This document shows positions 46,535 to 54,417 of a stretch of DNA of 64,000 nucleotides, one piece after another. The translations under genes and the position numbers were made by a program. The notes beneath the pieces are model-generated. The model worked only from the letters and a program-made list of their open reading frames with translations, was not told the origin of the DNA and ran no database searches. The stretch's first letter is position 1, and every line of letters starts with the position of its first letter. Source of the DNA: Elusimicrobiota bacterium (GTDB taxonomy: Bacteria > Elusimicrobiota > Endomicrobiia > Endomicrobiales > Endomicrobiaceae); NCBI GenBank assembly GCA_017525905.1, contig JAFXSD010000007.1, positions 3,531-67,530 on the forward strand. The letters run 5' to 3'.

Positions 46535-47467
46535 ATGTTAAAACCTAAAGTTGCAATAACAATTGGTGATCCGGCAGGAATAGGTCCGGAAATAGTTTTA
46601 AGGGCTGTAAATTCTTTGAAAGTTCAAAGGATTTGCAGCCCTGTTGTTGTCGGTGATAAAAAAATCATTTCAAAATATTTTAATTTGAATAAAAAATCAA
46701 ATAAAACAGAATTTGTATTCTCTTCCGATTATTGTGAAGAACCGATTTTGGGCAGCCCTTCAAAAATATCCGGGCTTATAGCTTGTGATGCAATAAAAAA
46801 AGCCGTAAAAATGTGTTTGGAAAATAAAACAAAATCTATGGTTACGGCACCGGTATCAAAAGAATCATTTAAATATGCCGGATTAAAATATTCCGGGCAT
46901 ACGGAATTTTTGGGAGCATTAACCAAAACAAAAAATTATTGTATGATGATGATTTGTGATGATATAAATTCGGTTATGGTAACAAGACATTTGCCTATAT
47001 CCGATATTTCATCGCAGTTAACACAAAAAGATATAATTTCCGCTACAAAACTTTCTGCGGATTTTATAAAAAAAATATTAAAAAGAAATCCCCAAATTTT
47101 ATTATGTGCATTGAACCCGCATGCCGGTGATAACGGAATTTTGGGTAATGATGAAAAAGAAAAAATTATTCCTGCTGTGAAAAAATTAAAAAAACAAGGC
47201 TACAATATTTGCGGACTTTATCCTGTAGATGTCGCATGGTCAAAATTCTTGAAAAACAAATATGATTTGATAGTGGGAATGTATCATGATCAAATAATGT
47301 TACCTTTAAAAATTTTAAATCCGAAACGGATAGTAAATGTTACCGCAGGACTTCCTTTTATAAGAACATCTCCGGGGCACGGAACAGCGTTCGATATTGC
47401 AGGTAAAAATGTTGCCGATCCGTCTTCCATGGAACAAGCAATAATTTATGCTGCAACCGGAAGATAG
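46535..47467 (+). CDS. pdxA: 4-hydroxythreonine-4-phosphate dehydrogenase PdxA
   Basis: It has ITIGDPAGIGPEI, GHTEFL, LNPHAGDNG and IRTSPGHGTAFDIAG. Confidence 0.9.
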   Translation: MLKPKVAITIGDPAGIGPEIVLRAVNSLKVQRICSPVVVGDKKIISKYFNLNKKSNKTEFVFSSDYCEEPILGSPSKISGLIACDAIKKAVKMCLENKTKSMVTAPVSKESFKYAGLKYSGHTEFLGALTKTKNYCMMMICDDINSVMVTRHLPISDISSQLTQKDIISATKLSADFIKKILKRNPQILLCALNPHAGDNGILGNDEKEKIIPAVKKLKKQGYNICGLYPVDVAWSKFLKNKYDLIVGMYHDQIMLPLKILNPKRIVNVTAGLPFIRTSPGHGTAFDIAGKNVADPSSMEQAIIYAATGR

Positions 47468-47539
47468 GATATAGCAGTTTTATTCGATGGAACTCATATC
47501 ATTAGAAAAAAAGCCTACAAAGATTAGGAAATTATATAA

Positions 47540-49456
47540 ATGCATAACAAAATAAAGAAAATTTTTAAATTAATAGATAAGCATAAAATAATATCTTTTG
47601 ATATATTTGATACGTTATTATTACGACCATATGTCAGGCCAACAGATCTTTTTTTACATATGGAAAGTCATTACAATTTGGAAAATTTTGCAATTGCCAG
47701 AATTCAAGCTGAAGAAGATGCAAGAAAAAACTTAAATAAAAACGAAATAACCTTAAATGATATATATAATTTTATCGGAGATAGGTTCAAATATTTAAAA
47801 CAATGTGAAATTGAATGGGAAACAAAAATTTTACAGATCAATCCTGAAATTAAAGAAGTTTATGACTATGCAATCAAACAAAATAAAAAAATTATTGTCG
47901 TTTCAGATATGTATCTTGACTATAACACCATTGATTATATTTTGAAAAAAAACAACTGTAAAAATTATGAAAAATTATATGTTTCTTCAGAATATAGTGC
48001 AACAAAGAGTAAAGGAGATCTTTATAAAAAAGTTATTGATGATTATTCAATGTATAAATCTTCGGATATTATACATATCGGAGATAATTATGATTATAAA
48101 AAGGCAAAAGAAAATAATATAGATGTTTTTAAGTATAAAACACCTATGTATTGTTTCCTTAAAGAGTTTCCGGAATATGGAAAATTTCTTGCGGAAAATA
48201 ATAATTCACTGAATTCGTCCGTAATTACTTCTTTATCGATGTTATATTGGATAAATACCGAAAGATATTCCGGAGTCGATTATTGGGAAAAGATTGGTTA
48301 TCTGTATGGCGGTGTAGTAGCTTACGGCTATTGTAAATTCATACAAAATATCGCCAATGAAAAAAAATTGGATAAATTATTATTTATAGCTCGTGATGGT
48401 TATTCGTTGCAAAAAGTTTTTAATTTATTAAATATTGATATGAAAACTTCTTACATATATGCTCCGCGATTACTAAATTTAATATGCAGGCTTGATTATG
48501 ACACAAATGACTATACTCAGGTAAAAGCTGTTGCCGATTTTTATGCAAAAGAATTTAAACTGCAAGTAAATACTGCAACAATTGAAAATTGCAATAAGTT
48601 TATAAATGAAAATTATGTACAAATAAAACAAAAAAGCATTGAATTATATAATTATTATAAAAATTATTTAAAGAAAGTATTGGATGATGATTCAAAAATA
48701 GGTATAGTGGATACTGTTACAATTAATTTTTCGGCACAAAAATTAATCGAAAATTCAATTAAAAACAGTTTATGGGGAATATATTGGATAGTCGAAAAAT
48801 ATAATTTATGTAATAACTTTTCCGAATTTTCCAAATATGACTTTGAGACTTTAAAGAGATATCGTGTTAAGGGATGGATATTTATTGAATTTTTATTGTC
48901 ATCGTCCGAATACCCGATAATTGGGATAGATAATTCAGGAAACCCGATATATAATCAAACTCCAAACAAATATGAAAAATTTGTTCATGATTTATACGAA
49001 CAGATAAGCAAGGGTGAAGTCGAATATACTAAAAAATTAATGTCAATATTCGGAAATTATAAACTATCTTTTGATTATAAGATTATTGTTTCTTGGATAA
49101 ATTGTTTTATTAAAAATATGCCGAAAAATGATATAAACAATATGAGAAATATTAAGCTTGGTGACGATATGGCTCACACAAAATATATACCTATGTTTTC
49201 AGAACATATAAGCTTTTGTAATTATTTATTAAATCCTTTAAAGACAAAGAAAGAAATTAAATCACTAATATGTAAATCCAATTGGCAAAAAATATTTTAT
49301 TCTATAATCTCACCGATTAAATTTCAAAAAGAAAAATACTATGGAACAAAATTATATAGAATTACAATACTACCACATTTAGAAAAATGCTTATTAGCTT
49401 TCAAAATTTTAAATATTGAGATATCGGTGGGAAATAAAATATATGACCGATTATAA
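47540..49456 (+). CDS. HAD-superfamily hydrolase-domain protein with a large uncharacterised C-terminal region (surface-polysaccharide locus type)
   Basis: It has HAD motif I, ISFDIFDTLL, then VVSDM and IGDN-type motifs. The gene is very AT-rich, and a GT2 remnant overlaps its stop. Confidence 0.6.
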   Translation: MHNKIKKIFKLIDKHKIISFDIFDTLLLRPYVRPTDLFLHMESHYNLENFAIARIQAEEDARKNLNKNEITLNDIYNFIGDRFKYLKQCEIEWETKILQINPEIKEVYDYAIKQNKKIIVVSDMYLDYNTIDYILKKNNCKNYEKLYVSSEYSATKSKGDLYKKVIDDYSMYKSSDIIHIGDNYDYKKAKENNIDVFKYKTPMYCFLKEFPEYGKFLAENNNSLNSSVITSLSMLYWINTERYSGVDYWEKIGYLYGGVVAYGYCKFIQNIANEKKLDKLLFIARDGYSLQKVFNLLNIDMKTSYIYAPRLLNLICRLDYDTNDYTQVKAVADFYAKEFKLQVNTATIENCNKFINENYVQIKQKSIELYNYYKNYLKKVLDDDSKIGIVDTVTINFSAQKLIENSIKNSLWGIYWIVEKYNLCNNFSEFSKYDFETLKRYRVKGWIFIEFLLSSSEYPIIGIDNSGNPIYNQTPNKYEKFVHDLYEQISKGEVEYTKKLMSIFGNYKLSFDYKIIVSWINCFIKNMPKNDINNMRNIKLGDDMAHTKYIPMFSEHISFCNYLLNPLKTKKEIKSLICKSNWQKIFYSIISPIKFQKEKYYGTKLYRITILPHLEKCLLAFKILNIEISVGNKIYDRL

Positions 49457-49517
49457 ATTAAGCATTGTTATGTTGGTATATAATGTAGAAAACAATTTAA
49501 ACAAACATGCCGATTGA
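49443..49517 (+). pseudogene. 24-codon remnant of a family-2 glycosyltransferase N-terminus
   Basis: ATG...TGA encodes MTDYKLSIVMLVYNVENNLNKHAD. It contains the GT2 start signature (KxSIVxxVYNxE) and then terminates. The ATG lies 14 nt inside the upstream gene, which is typical operon coupling. Confidence 0.55.
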
Positions 49518-49599
49518 TGTCATAAACAAATCACTATTCTTTATGCATTAGAAAAGTTTAAAAGTGGTTATTTGTCGTTAATTATAAATTGTTGTACTG

Positions 49600-49628
49600 T
49601 TGACTTTTTAAAATAATTTAATTATAAT
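49600..49628 (+). promoter_or_regulatory. Near-consensus sigma70 promoter for the infC-rpmI-rplT operon
   Basis: TTGACT lies at 49600-49605, the spacer is 17 nt, and TATAAT lies at 49623-49628. Confidence 0.5.
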
Positions 49629-49732
49629 AGTCCAAGTTGGTTAAAGTAGTCGTCCCGACTCACCTTCACCTTTTTTTAGGGAAGAGGTTTTAGAAGTTTA
49701 ATTATATATATTATATGTATATACTATTGGGG

Positions 49733-49765
49733 ACGGGTATCTTTATCCGTTCTATTTTTATTTTT
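49733..49765 (+). promoter_or_regulatory. Terminator-like hairpin plus T-tract in the infC leader (candidate attenuator)
   Basis: The 7-bp stem ACGGGTA/TATCCGT includes one G-U pair and has a 4-nt loop. It is followed by TCTATTTTTATTTTT and sits about 20 nt upstream of the infC Shine-Dalgarno GAGGGGGA. Confidence 0.45.
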
Positions 49766-49800
49766 GCAGGTAAAAATCCTGCGAGGGGGATTGTATAGAT

Positions 49801-50328
49801 ATTCGAAGATATCGTACTAATCAGTACATAAGAGTACCGGAAGTAAGACTTATTGATGAAAAAGGCGAACAGGTAGGAGTAGTTCCGATAGCAGTTGCTT
49901 TACAAAAAGCAAGAGATGCGGGACAAGATTTAATAGAAATTGCTCCTCAAGCGAAACCGCCGGTTTGTAAAATTATAGATTATTCAAAGTTTCGTTATGA
50001 GTTAGCAAAAAAGGAAAAAGAGTCTAAGAAGAAACAAAAAAATATACAGTTAAAAGAAGTAAGACTCAGAACAAGAATCGCTGAAAACGATTTTAATGTA
50101 AAGCTTAAAAAAATAAGAGATTTCCTCGAAGACGGAGACAAAGTTCAAATAACGGTTATGTTTTCGGGAAGAGAAATGCAACATAAAGATTTAGGTCTTG
50201 CCGTTCTTGAAAAAGTTAAGGCGGCAGTTGAAGATATAGCAGCTGTTGAAGGCAAATTGTCTTCTATGGGAACAAGGTCGTTTGCGACCTTAACACCTAA
50301 AAAGAAAGATTCTAAAAATAAAAAATAA
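49801..50328 (+). CDS. infC: Translation initiation factor IF-3 with a non-canonical start (ATT at 49801, or ATA at 49795)
   Basis: The ORF is missing from the track because it has no ATG. Its translation reads IRRYRTNQYIRVPEVRLIDEKGEQVGVV...AKPPVCKIIDYSKFRYE...ITVMFSGREMQHKDLG. The frame opens at 49774 after a TAA, and the SD GAGGGGGA lies at 49783-49790. Confidence 0.85.
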   Translation: MRRYRTNQYIRVPEVRLIDEKGEQVGVVPIAVALQKARDAGQDLIEIAPQAKPPVCKIIDYSKFRYELAKKEKESKKKQKNIQLKEVRLRTRIAENDFNVKLKKIRDFLEDGDKVQITVMFSGREMQHKDLGLAVLEKVKAAVEDIAAVEGKLSSMGTRSFATLTPKKKDSKNKK

Positions 50329-50345
50329 TTTGGAGGATATGTATT

Positions 50346-50546
50346 ATGCCTAAGATGAAAACTCACACCGGTGCAAAAAAAAGATTCAGAGCTACCGGAA
50401 CAGGTAAATTGAAGTATAAAAAATCAGGTAACAGACATTTACTTACCGGAAATCCGGGCGAAACAACAAGAAAATTGAGAAAATCTCAAATAGTAGATGG
50501 TACTGATATGAAAAGAATGGCAAAGTTTATGCCTTATGCAAAGTAG
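50346..50546 (+). CDS. rpmI: 50S ribosomal protein L35
   Basis: It has the N-terminus MPKMKTHTGAKKRF and is 66 aa long. Confidence 0.95.
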   Translation: MPKMKTHTGAKKRFRATGTGKLKYKKSGNRHLLTGNPGETTRKLRKSQIVDGTDMKRMAKFMPYAK

Positions 50547-50583
50547 TTTTGTTGGTTGTTTAGAAAATTAAGGAGAAAAGATA

Positions 50584-50931
50584 ATGAGAGTAAAAAACGT
50601 AGTTCAAACAAGACAAAGAAAGAAAAAAGTCTTTAGACTTGCCAAAGGTTATTATTCGGATAAAAACAATCGTTGGAGAATGACGATTCAACAAGTTGAA
50701 AAGTCTTTGGTATATGCATATAACGACAGAAAAGACAGGAAAGGCGTATACAGAAGAATGTGGATAGTAAGACTTAATGCTGCAGTTAGAGAAGAAGGTA
50801 TGTCTTACAACAGATTTATTTCCGGTCTTAAAAAAGCAAATGTTATTTTAGACAGAAAAATGCTTGCTGAAATTGCCGTTACAGATAACGCAACATTTAA
50901 ACAATTGGTAGAAATAGCAAAAGCTGCATAA
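50584..50931 (+). CDS. rplT: 50S ribosomal protein L20
   Basis: It has RQRKKKVFRLAKGYY...YAYNDRK...WIVRLNAA and follows rpmI. Confidence 0.95.
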   Translation: MRVKNVVQTRQRKKKVFRLAKGYYSDKNNRWRMTIQQVEKSLVYAYNDRKDRKGVYRRMWIVRLNAAVREEGMSYNRFISGLKKANVILDRKMLAEIAVTDNATFKQLVEIAKAA

Positions 50932-50937
50932 TAGCGG

Positions 50938-52257
50938 ATGAAAAATTCACCTGTTAAAACTATAATTTTATTTTTTATAGCTTTAATAATTTTGGGGACA
51001 GCATTGTTGTGTTTGCCTTTTGCAAGACAAGATGATGCTGTTTTCTCTGTTTTATCATGTTTGTTTACTGCTACATCTGCAGTTTGTGTAACAGGTTTAA
51101 CAGTAGTAGATATAGGAACTTACTTTACCCTTTTCGGGCAGATAGTTATACTTTTGTTGTTACAAATAGGCGGCCTCGGGTACATGTTGGTTTCAACCGG
51201 GTTAGGTCTTTTACTCGGGAAAATGGCTTTAAAAGACAGAAAGATAATGCAGGAACTTTTTGATATCAGTTCTTTTAATGAGCTTTTTAAATTATTAAAA
51301 AAAGCGGTAATTATTGTATTAAGTATAGAATTGTTGGGTGCGACAATTCTCACAATAGGTTTCTTGAAAGATTTTTCTTTGGGGAAAGCAATATATTGCG
51401 GAATATTCCATGCGGTATCTGCTTTTTGTAATGCCGGTTTTAGCCCGTTTGGTAACAGTTTGGAAAGTTTTTCCGGAACCCCCACAATACTTTATACTGT
51501 GGTGGCTTTGGTGGTTTTAGGCGGCTTGGGATTTTTTGTATTGGTAGATATAATAGATAAAATCAGAGGCAAAAATATAAAACTTACTTTCCACTCAAAA
51601 GTTATTATATGGATGACCGCTCTTTTAATAGGTATAGGATTTGTTGTTTTTTGTATAGGTCAAGCAGGTACATTTATAAACCTTGATTCTTCTTGGGGAT
51701 GGATTGTAAATAATGCTGTTTTCCAAGCAATAAGTTCAAGAACCGCAGGTTTTAATACTTTGCCGATGTCCACAATGACAACATTTACTGCATTTTTCTT
51801 AATAATGTTAATGTTTATAGGCGGCGGTCCGGGAAGTACCGCCGGTGGTATAAAAATCACCACTTTAACTTTGGTCTTTGTATTTATAAGAAGTGTTATA
51901 AAAGGGCAGGATGATTATGTTCTTGCTAAAAAGAGTATGGATTATGATTTGGTACGAAAAGCTCTTTTAGTGTTTATATTAATGATAATACTTGTTGTTA
52001 TGTTTATTACATTGATGTTGTTTGTTGAACCGCAACTTGATACGTTAAAGGTTATATTTGAAGCAGTGTCGGGTTTTTGTACCGTAGGATTATCTCTTGG
52101 TATTACTTCACAGCTATCTGTAACAGGTCAAATATTATTAATATTAGCTATGTTTGTAGGTAGAATTGGAGCAATAACAATACTTATATATTTAATGAAC
52201 AGAAAACCAGTTGCAAACAATATAAAATATCCTGAAGGCAGAATCCTTATAGGATAA
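50938..52257 (+). CDS. ktrB: TrkH/KtrB-family potassium transporter membrane subunit
   Basis: It is polytopic, with repeated pore-loop glycine motifs (VTGLTV, NAGFS, RTAGFN, CTVGLS). Confidence 0.85.
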   Translation: MKNSPVKTIILFFIALIILGTALLCLPFARQDDAVFSVLSCLFTATSAVCVTGLTVVDIGTYFTLFGQIVILLLLQIGGLGYMLVSTGLGLLLGKMALKDRKIMQELFDISSFNELFKLLKKAVIIVLSIELLGATILTIGFLKDFSLGKAIYCGIFHAVSAFCNAGFSPFGNSLESFSGTPTILYTVVALVVLGGLGFFVLVDIIDKIRGKNIKLTFHSKVIIWMTALLIGIGFVVFCIGQAGTFINLDSSWGWIVNNAVFQAISSRTAGFNTLPMSTMTTFTAFFLIMLMFIGGGPGSTAGGIKITTLTLVFVFIRSVIKGQDDYVLAKKSMDYDLVRKALLVFILMIILVVMFITLMLFVEPQLDTLKVIFEAVSGFCTVGLSLGITSQLSVTGQILLILAMFVGRIGAITILIYLMNRKPVANNIKYPEGRILIG

Positions 52258-52280
52258 AAATTGTAACAAATGGAGAAAAT

Positions 52281-52973
52281 ATGGCAAAAAAACAGTTTGG
52301 AGTAATAGGGTTAGGAACATTCGGATCAAATGTTGCAAAAGAGTTAGCAGCAAGAGAATTCCCTGTACTTGCGATTGACCATAAAGAAGAAGTTGTTAAC
52401 AGAATAAGTTCTTTTGTAACACAAGCAATAGTTGCCGATGCGACCGATGATATAGCTTTAAAAGATGCGGGAATTGCCGATTGTGATACGGTTATAATTT
52501 CCATGGGTGAAGATGTAGAAACAAGTATTCTTGCAACGCTTATAGCAAAAGATTTGGGTGTACCGAATGTAATTGTAAAATGTACAAGTATGTGGCATTC
52601 CAAAATAGCCGTAAAAATAGGTGCGGATAAAGTTATTTACCCTGAACTTGAAATGGCAAAAAAACTTGCAGAAAGTATGGCAAGTCCAAACATTTTGGAA
52701 CAGATAGAATTTTCTAAAGATTATAATCTTGTTGAAATAATGGCTCCTAAGGATTTGTGGAAAAAAACATTAAGACAAGCCAACATACGAAACAAATACG
52801 GAATAAATATTATTGCCGTAAAAAGAAATGTTCCGTTTATAAATGATGACGGACAAAGTGATATTAAAGAAGAAACCAATATTGCTCCCGGTCCAAATGA
52901 TGAAATTTTGGAAAATGATATTTTGGTTGTTGTGGGAAAAGAAGAACAATTAAAAAAGTTTAAAAAATTGTAG
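52281..52973 (+). CDS. ktrA: TrkA/KtrA potassium uptake regulatory subunit (RCK_N + RCK_C)
   Basis: It has the Rossmann motif GVIGLGTFGSNVAKEL and a C-terminal TrkA_C-like segment. Confidence 0.88.
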   Translation: MAKKQFGVIGLGTFGSNVAKELAAREFPVLAIDHKEEVVNRISSFVTQAIVADATDDIALKDAGIADCDTVIISMGEDVETSILATLIAKDLGVPNVIVKCTSMWHSKIAVKIGADKVIYPELEMAKKLAESMASPNILEQIEFSKDYNLVEIMAPKDLWKKTLRQANIRNKYGINIIAVKRNVPFINDDGQSDIKEETNIAPGPNDEILENDILVVVGKEEQLKKFKKL

Positions 52974-52980
52974 GTTATAT

Positions 52981-53253
52981 ATGGCGGAAGAAAAAACTCA
53001 GGAACAGTTGTTGGAATTGGCAAACTTTTATTTTTTGAACAGTAAATTTGAAGAAGCGGAAATTGAGTTTTATCAAGTGTTGGAAAAAGATCCTAAATGT
53101 TGGCAAGCATATTGCAGTTTAGGGCTGATATATGAAGAAAGAAAAGATTTTATAAAAGCAAAACAGATGTACGATAAAACACTTGAATTGAATAAAGAAA
53201 ATAAGGTCGCAAAAGAACATATTAGTAGAATTACGGGAATGAACAATGAATAA
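52981..53253 (+). CDS. Small TPR-repeat protein
   Basis: It has two TPR-like units (AYCSLGLIYEERKDFIKAKQMYDKTLELN). Its stop overlaps the pheS start by 8 nt. Confidence 0.6.
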   Translation: MAEEKTQEQLLELANFYFLNSKFEEAEIEFYQVLEKDPKCWQAYCSLGLIYEERKDFIKAKQMYDKTLELNKENKVAKEHISRITGMNNE

Positions 53254-54265
53254 TATTAATGAAATACTTAAAGAAGCATTAAACAAACTTCAAAGTGCAC
53301 AACTTGCAGATATTGAAAATATTAAAGTTGAATATTTAGGTAAAAAAGGTAAAATTACCGAAATATTAAAATCTCTTTCTTCGTTAAGCATAGAAGAAAA
53401 AAAGGAAATCGGTTCACAAGTTAATTTAGCAAAAACACAGTTAACCGAAGCAATGGAAGCAAAGAAAAAAGAAATTTCCAACAAAATTTTGGAAGAAAAA
53501 ATGAAAAACGAAAAGATAGATATATCCACAGCTTTTTCATTTGATTTTCCTAAAGGTCATTATCATATAATAAGTAAAGCAATAGAAGAGATGAGTGATA
53601 TATTTGTTTCTTTGGGATTTAATGTTTCCGGCGGCAGAGAAATAGAAACAGACTGGTACAATTTTGAAGCATTAAATATTCCTAAAGATCATCCTGCAAG
53701 AGATACTCAGGATACTTTTTATCTTGAAAATTCCGAAAACTTGTTGAGAACACAAACATCTGCAGCACAAATACACATTATGGAAGAATCAAAACCTCCT
53801 ATAAAAGTTATTGTGCCCGGCAGAGTTTACAGAAACGAAGCGACAGATGCTTCACATTCTGCAATATTTCATCAAATAGAAGGGCTTGTAGTAGGTGAAG
53901 ATATTACTTTTGCTCAACTTAAAGGAACATTACAATTATTTATAAACAGATTATTTAATCAGGAGTTACCTATACGATTTAGACCTTCACACTTTCAGTT
54001 TACCGAACCGTCTGCGGAAGTGGATATGAAATGTGTATTTTGCGGCGGTAAAGGTTGCAGAGTTTGTAAAGGCAGCGGATGGATAGAAGTGCTGGGATGC
54101 GGAATGGTTCATCCTAATGTTTTCAGGGCGGTAAAATATGATCCCGAAAAATATACAGGATATGCTTTCGGATTGGGTGTTGAAAGATTTGCAATGCTTA
54201 AATACGGAATTGACGATATGAGAGTTTTATACGAAAATGATTTAAGAGTTTTAAGACAGTTTTAA
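53246..54265 (+). CDS. pheS: Phenylalanine--tRNA ligase alpha subunit
   Basis: It has the class II aaRS motifs (HPARDTQDTFY, FRPSHFQFTEPS, GFGLGVERFAML) and a Cys4 ribbon insertion (CVFCGGKGCRVCKGSGW). Confidence 0.95.
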   Translation: MNNINEILKEALNKLQSAQLADIENIKVEYLGKKGKITEILKSLSSLSIEEKKEIGSQVNLAKTQLTEAMEAKKKEISNKILEEKMKNEKIDISTAFSFDFPKGHYHIISKAIEEMSDIFVSLGFNVSGGREIETDWYNFEALNIPKDHPARDTQDTFYLENSENLLRTQTSAAQIHIMEESKPPIKVIVPGRVYRNEATDASHSAIFHQIEGLVVGEDITFAQLKGTLQLFINRLFNQELPIRFRPSHFQFTEPSAEVDMKCVFCGGKGCRVCKGSGWIEVLGCGMVHPNVFRAVKYDPEKYTGYAFGLGVERFAMLKYGIDDMRVLYENDLRVLRQF

Positions 54266-54384
54266 CAAATTGTTGAACAATTTGTTGAGGTATAGAAGAC
54301 CGGAGGAATAGAAGTATAGAAGTGGAAGTATAGCGGTTAGTTAAGTTGTTTCAATACATCCATACCTCTATACCTCTATACATC
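54266..54384. repeat. pheS-pheT intergenic repeat cluster: a 19-nt perfect palindrome, tandem GAAGTATAG-type units, and their partially complementary copies
   Basis: CAAATTGTTGAACAATTTG lies at 54266-54284. GAGGAATAGAAGTATAGAAGTGGAAGTATAG lies at 54303-54333. The opposing CCATACCTCTATACCTCTATAC lies at about 54359-54381. Confidence 0.7.
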
Positions 54385-54417
54385 AAAAATCGCAAAGCTA
54401 TTTTTAAAGGGGAAAAA

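Noticed and set aside
50145-50366. Minus-strand 73-aa ORF spanning the infC-rpmI junction
   Set aside because: The plus strand here encodes the C-terminus of IF-3 (hand-translated, clear homology) and the start of L35, so the minus ORF is a shadow.
54346-54417. Extended TTG start for pheT
   Set aside because: The added 24 residues fall inside the intergenic repeat hairpin. The canonical MKISYNWLKEL N-terminus with a Shine-Dalgarno begins at 54418.
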